The notes: a model not told the origin generated them from the letters alone. DNA of 25,247 nucleotides from a virus (IMGVR_UViG_3300044267_000176:1-25247); one strand, 5' to 3'; shown: positions 7,769 to 17,068, numbered from the stretch's first letter. A program made the numbers and translations.

Positions 7769-8760
7769 TGGCATTACAAGAAACTAGAACCCGTCCCGCC
7801 CAGTTTATAGAAGATATAGGTGTTGACCTAAGTAAATCGCTAATAGCATCTACTGGCCAACCAACTATGGCCCAAGGTCTGGGGGAATTTTTAAAAACTG
7901 CAAGACCAACACAAAAAGAATCATGGGAAACAGATGAGCAATTTGCCCAAAGACAAAAAGACTATGATGCTAGAAGATTAGGAGCACAAGCTTTTGATAG
8001 AAGACAACAAGATTTATCAGGTCTAGCACCAGAAATAGCAGCACAAGATCAAGCGCAAAAAGATGCTTATACTATGGCAACAACTGGTGTAGGTGCTTAC
8101 AAACCATACGTTGCAGAAGCAGAAAAACTTCTAGGTGCAGGTGCTGGAACAGGTGTAGGCACTATTCAAGATTATATGTCACCATATCAACAACAGGTGA
8201 TAGATTATTCATTAGAAGAATTCGATAGAAACGCAGGAATTAAAAGACAACAAATGAGAGACCAAGCTATAAGAGCGGGAGCTTTTGGTGGTGGTAGAGA
8301 TCAAGTTTTACAATCAGAATATGAAAGAGGAAGCGATAGAGATAGACTTTTACTTCAATCAGGATTATTACAACAAGGTTTCCAACAAGCACAACAAGCT
8401 AGAGCACAAGATTTTGAGAGACAAAAAGGTTTAGCTAGTATGGTACCAGGATTACAACAAGCAGATGTTTCAGCTTTGGGTCAAGTGGGCGCAATCCAAC
8501 AAGCACAAACACAAGCTGGTTTAGACGCTACAAGAGAAGCAGCAAGGCAGGCCGCTTTCTTACCGCAAGAAAACTTACAAAGATATGCTGGTCAAGTTAC
8601 AGGATTAATGGGTGGATATCCTGCACAAACACAATCAACTAACGTACCAAATCCATCACCTATGCAAACTGCATTAGGAGTTGGTTCAACACTCGCTGGA
8701 ATTTATGGTTCCCTTGGTAAAGGTTATTCAAATTTCTTCGGAAAGAAACCGACTAATTAA
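7768..8760 (+). CDS. Probable DNA transfer/ejection protein (Gln/Ala-rich helical)
   Basis: YMSPYQQQVID and AGAFGGGR motifs, Gln-rich coiled-coil composition and a C-terminal Gly-rich hydrophobic segment (ALGVGSTLAGIYG). TAATG coupling. Confidence 0.6.
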   Translation: MALQETRTRPAQFIEDIGVDLSKSLIASTGQPTMAQGLGEFLKTARPTQKESWETDEQFAQRQKDYDARRLGAQAFDRRQQDLSGLAPEIAAQDQAQKDAYTMATTGVGAYKPYVAEAEKLLGAGAGTGVGTIQDYMSPYQQQVIDYSLEEFDRNAGIKRQQMRDQAIRAGAFGGGRDQVLQSEYERGSDRDRLLLQSGLLQQGFQQAQQARAQDFERQKGLASMVPGLQQADVSALGQVGAIQQAQTQAGLDATREAARQAAFLPQENLQRYAGQVTGLMGGYPAQTQSTNVPNPSPMQTALGVGSTLAGIYGSLGKGYSNFFGKKPTN

Positions 8761-8762
8761 TT

Positions 8763-10097
8763 ATGAGAAGTTCTAGAACTTTAAGACGACCGATGTTTAG
8801 AATGGGTGGTTCAGCTCAAGGAATTATTTCTGGTTTAGATACACCTAAGAGAGGTTTAGTAGATGGACCAGGTGGCTATGCAGGAAAAACTCTTGAAGAG
8901 ATGGGTATTCCTAAAAGTTTTATAGAAGCTAACTCTCATTTACAAGACAGAGAAATTCAAAGAAAGTGGACTATGCAAAATAGAGAAACTATTAACATAG
9001 ACACTGAAGGTGGCAACACTGATATTACAATGAGTGATCAATTAAAATTTCTTCCAACTAAATCAGAGATGGAAGCGGCAAGAAAATATTATCCTCAATA
9101 TAAAAGACCAGAAGGAGAAGGTCTTTCAAGATTCTTAACTTCATTTGGTTTAGATTTTATGTCAAGACCACCACAAGGTGGCTTGTTAGCAACTGCAGCT
9201 GCATCAGCTAAAAAACCATTAGACCAATTATATAAAGACACTGATACTGAAAGAGCAATGAAGTATCAAACAGACGCTGACTTATTTAAAACTTTAGTTG
9301 AAGGTAAGGCTGAAGCTTTAAGTGGTACTGACACGGCAGCAATGTTTAAAGATGAAAAGATAGCTCAACTTACACAAGAAGCATTTGATTCTATGTATGA
9401 TTTAAATGAGAAGTGGGATCCTAAATGGAATGACATGAATGAAAATGATAGACTTAAAGACCCTAATTATGTTCAGTGGCGTAAGGACCAACAAAGAATT
9501 GATCAACAGTTAGATAGATTTGAAGCGGATCTTGGTATTAATATTAAAGATGTAATAGGTGGTACTGAAGGAATGGCAAATCTTCAAGGAGGATTTAAAA
9601 AATCATTACAGGAAAGTGAAGAACCAATGATGGGACCTGATGGTAAACCTATGACAGATGAAGACGAAGACGTAATAACTGTTGGAGAATACTACTTAGA
9701 TCCAAGCAACAAAGGTGACCTTCAAAAGAAAGTAATTGAAATGACGTTTGAATACATTGTCCAACAAAAAAGAAAAAGAAGAGGTTGGGCAGGTGCTACT
9801 GGTGGAAGAGCAGGCTATGCTAATGGTGAATTAGTGGAGCAAGCTGATGTAGATATCATGACTCCTCAAGGAGACATGGCTATGCAAGAGACAGTTGAAG
9901 AAGGTGTGATGCCTGATCAACTTTCTTATGAAGAATTAAGAGCAAGATTACCTCAAGAAATTTCAAATGAAATAGTACAACTATTAGTTAGCAGTGCAGA
10001 AGCTCTAGCAGACTTTGCAGAAATTCAAACACAACAAGATGTAGATAATTTCAATGCTAAATATGGAGTAAACTTATTGCTGCCATCGGAGGCTTAA
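8763..10097 (+). CDS. Probable internal virion/ejection protein (444 aa)
   Basis: N-terminal L.RPMFRMGG and C-terminal LSYEELRARLP...LADFAEIQTQQDVDNFNAKYGVNLLLP domain. Sits in the ejection-protein block. Confidence 0.55.
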   Translation: MRSSRTLRRPMFRMGGSAQGIISGLDTPKRGLVDGPGGYAGKTLEEMGIPKSFIEANSHLQDREIQRKWTMQNRETINIDTEGGNTDITMSDQLKFLPTKSEMEAARKYYPQYKRPEGEGLSRFLTSFGLDFMSRPPQGGLLATAAASAKKPLDQLYKDTDTERAMKYQTDADLFKTLVEGKAEALSGTDTAAMFKDEKIAQLTQEAFDSMYDLNEKWDPKWNDMNENDRLKDPNYVQWRKDQQRIDQQLDRFEADLGINIKDVIGGTEGMANLQGGFKKSLQESEEPMMGPDGKPMTDEDEDVITVGEYYLDPSNKGDLQKKVIEMTFEYIVQQKRKRRGWAGATGGRAGYANGELVEQADVDIMTPQGDMAMQETVEEGVMPDQLSYEELRARLPQEISNEIVQLLVSSAEALADFAEIQTQQDVDNFNAKYGVNLLLPSEA

Positions 10098-10098
10098 A

Positions 10099-13000
10099 AT
10101 GGCCGAAGAAATTAAACTTTGGGACAAGATTCAAGATACTTGGAGTGGCAACGTAGACCCTGAACAAGAAAAATATTCTATTAAAGAAGATTTAAAATCA
10201 CAAGAGTATCCTTTTTACACTAAGCCTAAAAAGAAAAAGAAAAAAGACATAGAAAACTATGATGAGTTTACTAAATTAATTATAGAAACTTCTGAAAGAA
10301 TAGCTGCACCTAAAAAGAAACCAGTTAAATATACTAAAGAAGGTTTAACTGATGTTGCTTTAATGCTTACAGGTAATACTGGTGCTATGTCTTACACTCT
10401 AGACAAGTGGAAAAAACAAAGAGAGTCAAAAAAATTTCAAAAGAAAAGAGATTATGTAGAAGGCTATACAGATATAGCTCAACAATTAATAAAAGGAACT
10501 GGAAACTTTGTTCAGTCAGCTAGTGAATGGGTGCTAACACCTATTGATTGGGCATTCAGTACAGAGTTTCAACAAAAATTTAACAAAGCAATAGATGAAG
10601 ATATGTCTTTTGCTGCAGATAAACCTGAAAGTGTTCCAGGATCCATATCTAAATTGATTGGAGAATATGCAATACCATTATCAGTTGCTACTAAAATTAA
10701 ATCAGGTCTTCTTGGATGGAGTAAACTAAAGTGGTTACAAGAACGTAACAAAGTTAGTAAAGCTTCTAAGATTGCAACTCGAATGGCGGAAGGTGCTTTC
10801 ATCTTAGGTTTTGCGGATGCCTTTTATGGCAGTGGTGGACGTCCTGATATGGAAAGAGGTTTGCCTTGGGGAATGTTATGGGGAGAACCCACTAAAGGAA
10901 GAATTAATAAACCAATTGATACTAAAGGTTTAACTGGAAGCGACTTAGCTAAAGCAACTTTAATTAATAAAGTTAGGTTTGCTAGAGAAGGCGCCATCAT
11001 TGGTGGTGGGTTTCCATTGGTTGGAAAAGCTGCTCAATTAACTATGAAACATTTTGTTAGACCAGGTGTAAGACAAAACGTTGGAATCATATTAGAAGGA
11101 ACAGGAAAAGCTTTTTCTACAGCGTCATGGATTTTAGCAAGAACTCCAGGTGTTCCAACTGCTGCAAGAATTACTAGAGATTGGACAGGGGCTGCGTTAA
11201 CTAAAGCAGTGGTGCCGGCGTTAACAAGAAACTTAAGAATGCCTACAAGGAAAAACAAATCTTTGATTAGACAACTTCCCCCATTTGATAAATGGAAAAT
11301 GATTCCTGAAACAACACCAGACCCAGGTCTAAGAAGACTTAAAAAGTTTTCAGATTTTTTAAGTTACTTCCAATCATTTGGAAAGAACAATCAGTTTCTT
11401 GGTACTATCAATGAAGAAGCAAAATTAACTATTAGATCTAAAGGTAAAAAAATATTTAAAGTATTAGATGATATCAATGCAACAGCTTATAAGTTAGCTG
11501 AAAGTTTTCAGAAAAGATATAATACAAATATGACTTCTCCTGTTGGAGAAAAATATTATGCTGATCAGGTATTAGAATATTTAAAAGGCCAATTAAAAGG
11601 TGGTTTAAAATCTCTTCCTAAAGAATTAAGATTTCATGCTCATGAGTTAAACCAAGAACTAGACAAACTTAGAAGATTATATGCTAATGCTTTACCAGGT
11701 TCTCAAAAATTTGAATCATACAAAAACGCATTACTTGATGATGTTAAGAAATATTTAAGAGCTTCTTTTGGAACTTTTAGTAATCCAATGTGGCTAGTAA
11801 ATCCTCGAGATAAAATTAATGCAGCTAGGTGGGTAGTTAAAAATGTAGTTAAAAGAAACAAAGACTATAAAGCAGAAGCTAGAAAATTTTTACCTAATGT
11901 ATCTGCGGAAAGAGCTTATATGAAATATGCTCAAAGAATTGTAGAAAATATATTACACACAGGTAGAACTGAAGGAGTAAATCCTTTAGCAGCTATAGAA
12001 AAAATAGGTTTACAACATTTAAGAAACGATAAATTTAAGTTTCTTAAAAAAGGAGAATTACTTCCTGAACAAATTAAAAAAGTTTTAGGATATAAGACAG
12101 ATTTAAAAAACCAAGTAGCTAATACTGCTATGGAAATGGTGTCAGAAATTACAACTAAAAAACAATATGATAAGATTGCTAAGTATCTATTAGATAATAA
12201 ACTTGGTTTTAAAACTGAAGCTGAAGCTATTCCATATATAATAGGAGCTAAAAAAGTATTTAAAATTCCAAGACTAGGTGTACTTCCAAGTGATATTATA
12301 GGTTTATATGTATCTCCTCAAACTAAAAGAATGTTAGAAGGAGTAGGTGGAACACTAGATAAACTTATAGACATTGCAATCTGGAGACATGCATTACAAT
12401 TTAAAGTCTTAACTCAAATGGGTAAGACAGTCTTTTCTCCACAAACTCAAGTTAGAAACGTAGAAGCTTCGGCTTTATTTCCTATGGTCAATGGTCATAT
12501 AGGTGGAAGAGCCAGTGTAATTGATTCAATGAAAATAGTTTGGCGAGATATATTTCCTCAACCAGGTAAAGTAAACATGAAAAAATTTTATGATGCTGTA
12601 GAAAAAGAAGTAAGATTAGGAACTATGGATGAGAACGTAATCCAACAAGAAATTATTGCAGTGACTCAAGATATTATGAAGGGTAGTGTTAATACATTAG
12701 ATAAATTATTTCAACGTCTACAAGATACAGTCTTTGTTAAAAATGCTAGTAGAGTATATGCAGGTGGTGACAATATGTGGAAATGGTATGGTAGACAATG
12801 GGCTAAGTCTCAATTATCTGCGGTGTTTCCTGATAGAAAAGCTTTAACAGATTACATGAAATACATGGGCCAAACAGTTAATGAAGATGATTTATTAACA
12901 GGAGCTAAAAAAACATTTGATGACTTATTAGATGATGCTTCTGCATGGGAGATAAGAAATACTTATCCAACTTATAGTAAGGTGCCACAATTTATTCAGG

Positions 13001-14508
13001 ACATTAGAAAGATTCCATTCTTTGGAAACTTCGTTTCGTTCCAAGCTGAAATCTTAAGAACTGGAACTAACATTATAAACTTTGGTTTAAGACAAGCGGC
13101 ACATAAAGACCCACGAATTAGACAGATGGGAATGCGTAGATTAATGGCAGCTTCTTTAGGGTTCTATGGTTATGGTGCGGGAATATACAATGCAGCTCTA
13201 GCTTTAACAGGTTCGACTGGCGAGCAATGGGACGCATATAAATTTTCATTTGCAGCTGACTGGGACAGAGCATCTAATCTTATACCATTAACTGATTGGG
13301 ATAAAGGTAAAGCAAAAGCTATTAACTTCTCATACTTTAGTCCTTATGATGTATTACAAAAACCAGTTGAAGCAGCTTTAATCAAAGCTCAAGAACAAAA
13401 TTTAAATCCACAAGAAACAGAAGATTATGTTATGAGTTTAATGTTTGGAAGGGATGGTCCTATCATGACACTCTTAGATCCATTTATTGCGGAACAAATT
13501 GGACTAGAAAAGATTCAAGATATTATGCCACCAGGATATTTAATGGGTGGTAGAGGTGGTAAGACTACTGCTGGGTCATTAGTTTATTCACCTTCAGATA
13601 GTCTAAGCGATAAATTTGAAAAAGCTTATGCTCATATTTTTAATGGTATTGAACCAGGTATATGGACATCAGGAGAAAAAATTAAAAAAGGATTATTTTC
13701 TGATGTTAAAAAAGGTGGACAGCCTGTTAGTTTAAGAGATGAATTACTTGCACTGATGGCTGGTGTTAGAATTATAGATATTGATATAGGGAACTCTCTT
13801 TCATATAAAGCTGGAAGATTTAACTCATTAATGAGAGCAGTGGATGATGCAGAAAAAATATATTCTCCAGAAAATTATATGAACAGAGGACCAACTGTTA
13901 TTGGTGAAGAGTATACACAAATGCAAGAAGAAGCGTTTAGAATTCAAAAAGAAATGTATAATATTATTCAAAATGCAATGAAACTAGATTTAGATGAAGA
14001 TGATATTAGAAAAATTTTAAAAGATGCACAGATGCCAAACAAAAAAATAAGAAAATTAATGAATGGTGAATTTGTACCAGTTAACTTCTCTGATGCTAGA
14101 TTTAAAAAGAAAGTTAAAGTATTAGAGGATCAAGCTAGAAAAATGACTAAAGATAATCCCGATCTTAAATATTATTTAGATGAAGACTATGCTTATCCAA
14201 AAGATTTATTAAATGATATTAAATATGATTGGAAAGATAAATCTTTAATTACAGAAACTAAAGAAGAAGAACCTGGTTGGATTAAAAAAGGAGCTAAAAA
14301 AGTTTGGGATAGAATTAATCCACTTAAAGGTTTTGAAGGATTTGATAGTCTATTACGTAGTGAAAAGATAGAAACACCACCACTACCTCCTACTTCAATG
14401 CCAGATAAAAAGTTATTAGCGCAGTCACCTCAAAAAATAAATGGGTTGACACGTAGTGAACAGGCGCTACTATCGCCATCAGATAAAGTAATTGCACGGA
14501 GAACTTAA
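10099..14508 (+). CDS. Large internal virion protein (1469 aa; T7 gp16-like position)
   Basis: Largest ORF, helical composition, last gene of the structural block before the lysis genes. No enzyme motif recognised. Confidence 0.6.
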   Translation: MAEEIKLWDKIQDTWSGNVDPEQEKYSIKEDLKSQEYPFYTKPKKKKKKDIENYDEFTKLIIETSERIAAPKKKPVKYTKEGLTDVALMLTGNTGAMSYTLDKWKKQRESKKFQKKRDYVEGYTDIAQQLIKGTGNFVQSASEWVLTPIDWAFSTEFQQKFNKAIDEDMSFAADKPESVPGSISKLIGEYAIPLSVATKIKSGLLGWSKLKWLQERNKVSKASKIATRMAEGAFILGFADAFYGSGGRPDMERGLPWGMLWGEPTKGRINKPIDTKGLTGSDLAKATLINKVRFAREGAIIGGGFPLVGKAAQLTMKHFVRPGVRQNVGIILEGTGKAFSTASWILARTPGVPTAARITRDWTGAALTKAVVPALTRNLRMPTRKNKSLIRQLPPFDKWKMIPETTPDPGLRRLKKFSDFLSYFQSFGKNNQFLGTINEEAKLTIRSKGKKIFKVLDDINATAYKLAESFQKRYNTNMTSPVGEKYYADQVLEYLKGQLKGGLKSLPKELRFHAHELNQELDKLRRLYANALPGSQKFESYKNALLDDVKKYLRASFGTFSNPMWLVNPRDKINAARWVVKNVVKRNKDYKAEARKFLPNVSAERAYMKYAQRIVENILHTGRTEGVNPLAAIEKIGLQHLRNDKFKFLKKGELLPEQIKKVLGYKTDLKNQVANTAMEMVSEITTKKQYDKIAKYLLDNKLGFKTEAEAIPYIIGAKKVFKIPRLGVLPSDIIGLYVSPQTKRMLEGVGGTLDKLIDIAIWRHALQFKVLTQMGKTVFSPQTQVRNVEASALFPMVNGHIGGRASVIDSMKIVWRDIFPQPGKVNMKKFYDAVEKEVRLGTMDENVIQQEIIAVTQDIMKGSVNTLDKLFQRLQDTVFVKNASRVYAGGDNMWKWYGRQWAKSQLSAVFPDRKALTDYMKYMGQTVNEDDLLTGAKKTFDDLLDDASAWEIRNTYPTYSKVPQFIQDIRKIPFFGNFVSFQAEILRTGTNIINFGLRQAAHKDPRIRQMGMRRLMAASLGFYGYGAGIYNAALALTGSTGEQWDAYKFSFAADWDRASNLIPLTDWDKGKAKAINFSYFSPYDVLQKPVEAALIKAQEQNLNPQETEDYVMSLMFGRDGPIMTLLDPFIAEQIGLEKIQDIMPPGYLMGGRGGKTTAGSLVYSPSDSLSDKFEKAYAHIFNGIEPGIWTSGEKIKKGLFSDVKKGGQPVSLRDELLALMAGVRIIDIDIGNSLSYKAGRFNSLMRAVDDAEKIYSPENYMNRGPTVIGEEYTQMQEEAFRIQKEMYNIIQNAMKLDLDEDDIRKILKDAQMPNKKIRKLMNGEFVPVNFSDARFKKKVKVLEDQARKMTKDNPDLKYYLDEDYAYPKDLLNDIKYDWKDKSLITETKEEEPGWIKKGAKKVWDRINPLKGFEGFDSLLRSEKIETPPLPPTSMPDKKLLAQSPQKINGLTRSEQALLSPSDKVIARRT
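14446..14473 (+). promoter_or_regulatory. Putative sigma70 promoter for the lysis cassette, inside the 3' end of the large gene
   Basis: TTGACA (14446-14451), 16 nt, TACTAT (14468-14473), ending 34 nt before the ATG at 14508. Confidence 0.45.
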
Positions 14509-14699
14509 TGGCAAAAGATAACGCATTGCAAAGAATAGATTCTCATGAGAAGTTATGCAGGATTATGCAGAAACAAACTCATGATAAAATTCATTCTATT
14601 GAAAAACAAATACATAGAATAGAAAGCATTCTATTGGTATCTGTTGGGGCCTTGATCACAGGAATGGGATATGTTATATTTACTTTACTTACAAAATAA
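14508..14699 (+). CDS. Small membrane protein, possible holin-like (XhlA-like architecture)
   Basis: N-terminal coiled coil plus one C-terminal hydrophobic helix (ILLVSVGALITGMGYVIFTLL), immediately upstream of the endolysin. Confidence 0.55.
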   Translation: MAKDNALQRIDSHEKLCRIMQKQTHDKIHSIEKQIHRIESILLVSVGALITGMGYVIFTLLTK

Positions 14700-14704
14700 A
14701 AATC

Positions 14705-15190
14705 ATGCAGCTTAGTAAACATTTTAAACTCGAAGAGATGACCAAGTCGATGACAGCGACGCGTAAAGGTATTGACAATTCACCTGGAGCAGGTGATATT
14801 AAAAATTTGGAGAACGTATGCTATGAAATATTGGAACCGGTTCGTGCGCACTTTGATAAACCCATTACTGTTACCTCTGGCTACCGCTCCGAGGCGCTTT
14901 GTGAAGCGATCGGCAGCAAAAAAACGTCACAACATGCAAAGGGCCAGGCGGTTGATTTTGAAATAGCAGGCGTACCAAATATTAAAACTGCTTATTGGAT
15001 ACAAAATAATTGTGACTTCGATCAATTGATCCTCGAGTTCTACAAAAAAGATGATCCAGCAGGTGGCTGGGTTCACGTTAGCTACAATGAAAAAGGTGCT
15101 AACAGAAAACAAGTTTTAACCTACGATGGGAAATCTTACGAGAACGGCCTTCCGGACATGAAATGGTCCGGTGGAAAAGTCGTATCTTAA
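14705..15190 (+). CDS. Endolysin, peptidase M15 family (Zn D-Ala-D-Ala carboxypeptidase-like)
   Basis: LSKHF.LEEM..S, ITVTSGYRS, SQHAKGQAVD (His/Asp Zn ligands), FDQLILEF and WVHVSY. Confidence 0.9.
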   Translation: MQLSKHFKLEEMTKSMTATRKGIDNSPGAGDIKNLENVCYEILEPVRAHFDKPITVTSGYRSEALCEAIGSKKTSQHAKGQAVDFEIAGVPNIKTAYWIQNNCDFDQLILEFYKKDDPAGGWVHVSYNEKGANRKQVLTYDGKSYENGLPDMKWSGGKVVS

Positions 15191-15197
15191 AATTTTA

Positions 15198-15211
15198 GCG
15201 CGCCTCGCGCG
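15198..15211. terminator. Short GC hairpin between convergent genes (possible bidirectional terminator)
   Basis: GCGCG-CCT-CGCGC lies in the 30-nt gap between the endolysin and helicase stops. Flanking U-tracts are weak. Confidence 0.4.
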
Positions 15212-15220
15212 TATATCCTA

Positions 15221-16651
15221 CTAAATCCATGACCTTAATTCTTCTCCTAAAACTTCTGATGCTATGTTTATTTTTTTACGGAGAGCTTCTACGATTTTTT
15301 CGTCTACGGTCTCGTCACAAATCAAGTCTACATATGTTACAGATTTTTGTTGTCCAATTCTGTGTGCTCGGTCTTCTGACTGCAGTCTTTTTTCTAAGTC
15401 ATATCCGTTAGAATAGTAAATTACGGTGTTTGCTGCCGTCAAAGTTATCCCATAGCCGCCCGTAGAAGGCGTTCCAACCATAAACCGACACCCAGGGTCA
15501 TCCTGAAATTTCTTTATATTAGGTTGTCTCTCATCTTGAGGAGTTAATCCATAATAGTCGACCACGGACCCCGGACCATACTCTTTAGTTATGACTTTAA
15601 TTATTTCAGTAATATCATATTGGTAATGAGCCCAGATAATAGCTTTACCTTCAGTCTCTTCTAATACATTCATTAACTCATCTATTCTATTATTAACAAT
15701 TGGCTGAGTAGAGCCATCATCTGCGGTAAAGTGTCCACATGTAATTTGATGCAGTCTCATTAATTGAGTTAAAGCATTAACAGTCGTTACTTGTTTACCA
15801 TTTAGATTAGCAAGAGCTGTCTCTTTCATTTGCAAATATAGTTTAACTTGATCAGGACTTAATTTAATATTTCTTTTTAAATATATTTTTTCCGGTAAAT
15901 CTAAGCAATCTTCTTTTAATACTCTATAAGAGAATCCTTTCAATTGATCAGATAACTCCCCTAAATTTTTAAATTTATCTACTACTTGAACAGACCTTCC
16001 ATGTAAATGAAGAGTTTTCATTTCTGCATATCTATTTCTAAATGCATAATAAGAAGTAAAGTCTAATAACCAAGGACTTAAAAATTCACATTGACTATAT
16101 AAGTCTAATGGGTTTTTAGTAACAGGAGAACCTGTCATTATTCTTCTATATTTAGCCCCTTCCGCTAACTTAATAATATTTTTAGTTCTTTTAGCTCCTG
16201 GATTTTTAATAGTGGTGCTTTCATCAATAGCCATTAAAGTGTTATGCGAACTTAAAAATTTAGCTGCAAAATCTCTACCTTTTGTAGTGCTTAAAGCTTC
16301 TACATTCATTATTAATATATGTAGAGATTCTTCTGGTTCAAAAAGACTATCTAAATTTTCTTGTTGTTTTTTAGTTATATTAGGTTGCCACAATACGGTC
16401 ACATTTTCAATATGATCGGGTAAATGAGTAGGAAGTTCTTGATTATACCAAGTTCCAATAACACCTTTAGGAGCAACAATTAAAGCTCCATCAACTTTAC
16501 CTTTATCGTAAAGCATAGCTAAATTATCTATCAACACTTTTGTTTTACCTGTACCCATTTCCATAAAATAAGCATAAGTTTCTCTGTTCCATGACTTTTC
16601 TAACGCAGTCATTTGATGCGCGTATGGTTTCATTTTAAATTTATATTTCAT
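15221..16651 (-). CDS. SNF2-family (SF2) helicase/ATPase
   Basis: Motif I FMEMGTGKT, motif II AIDESTTIKN, motif III MTGSPV, LMRLHQIT, GGYGITLTAA and motif VI QSEDRAHRIGQ. Confidence 0.92.
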   Translation of the reverse strand: MKYKFKMKPYAHQMTALEKSWNRETYAYFMEMGTGKTKVLIDNLAMLYDKGKVDGALIVAPKGVIGTWYNQELPTHLPDHIENVTVLWQPNITKKQQENLDSLFEPEESLHILIMNVEALSTTKGRDFAAKFLSSHNTLMAIDESTTIKNPGAKRTKNIIKLAEGAKYRRIMTGSPVTKNPLDLYSQCEFLSPWLLDFTSYYAFRNRYAEMKTLHLHGRSVQVVDKFKNLGELSDQLKGFSYRVLKEDCLDLPEKIYLKRNIKLSPDQVKLYLQMKETALANLNGKQVTTVNALTQLMRLHQITCGHFTADDGSTQPIVNNRIDELMNVLEETEGKAIIWAHYQYDITEIIKVITKEYGPGSVVDYYGLTPQDERQPNIKKFQDDPGCRFMVGTPSTGGYGITLTAANTVIYYSNGYDLEKRLQSEDRAHRIGQQKSVTYVDLICDETVDEKIVEALRKKINIASEVLGEELRSWI

Positions 16652-16672
16652 AATTTTTCTTCTTTCTATGGG

Positions 16673-16705
16673 TTGACATATAGTTCATCTTGCATTATAT
16701 GTCAA
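16673..16705. promoter_or_regulatory. Palindromic divergent promoter/operator region
   Basis: Perfect 10-bp inverted repeat TTGACATATA (16673-16682) / TATATGTCAA (16696-16705). Each strand reads TTGACA-17nt-TATATG toward its own gene. Confidence 0.6.
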
Positions 16706-16708
16706 GAC

Positions 16709-17068
16709 ATGAAAGCAGAAAATATAGTTTATGTTATACAAGAAGTTCCTGGAACCAAAGCTGGTAATCCTAAAATTAATATTATGGGTGCAGCTGATTA
16801 TGGTAAGATAAAATTTTTACTTCCAGAACTTTCTCAAATAATTTTTTCTCCAGGTCCTTTAATTTATAAACTAAGAAAAGGTTTAAAAGATTTTAAAGAA
16901 GGAGATCATTTATTATTAACAGGTGATCCTGCAATAATAGGTGTAGCATGTTCCATAGTTTCTGATATTACTAATGGCAAATACAATCTATTGAAATGGG
17001 ATAGACAAGAAAGTAAATATTATCCTATTGAAATTAATTTATACGAGAAAGGAGAAATTAATGATTGA
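16709..17068 (+). CDS. Hypothetical phage protein (119 aa), first gene of the replication operon
   Basis: The likely start is MKAENIVYVIQE at 16709, since the 16613 start runs through the promoter and the helicase gene. Alpha/beta pattern with DHLLLTGDP and LLKWDR motifs. Confidence 0.7.
   Translation: MKAENIVYVIQEVPGTKAGNPKINIMGAADYGKIKFLLPELSQIIFSPGPLIYKLRKGLKDFKEGDHLLLTGDPAIIGVACSIVSDITNGKYNLLKWDRQESKYYPIEINLYEKGEIND

Noticed and set aside
10569-11258. Minus-strand ORFs 10569-10802 and 11034-11258
   Set aside because: They are shadows inside the 1469-aa gene.
14772-14802. TTGACA followed by the hairpin TCACCTG-GAG-CAGGTGA inside the endolysin gene
   Set aside because: The -10 spacing is poor, there is no downstream gene to drive, and a 7-bp inverted repeat is expected by chance in 25 kb.
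15198-15211. N4-type virion RNA polymerase hairpin promoter (minus strand CGCGC-GAG-GCGCG)
   Set aside because: The loop is not a GNA triloop, it lies between convergent stops, and no virion RNAP motif is seen.
14772-16415. Alternative-frame ORFs 14772-14966, 14927-15112, 15229-15411 and 16212-16415
   Set aside because: They overlap the endolysin or helicase. The nested 14772 ORF has no lipobox or TM segment, so it is not an embedded spanin.
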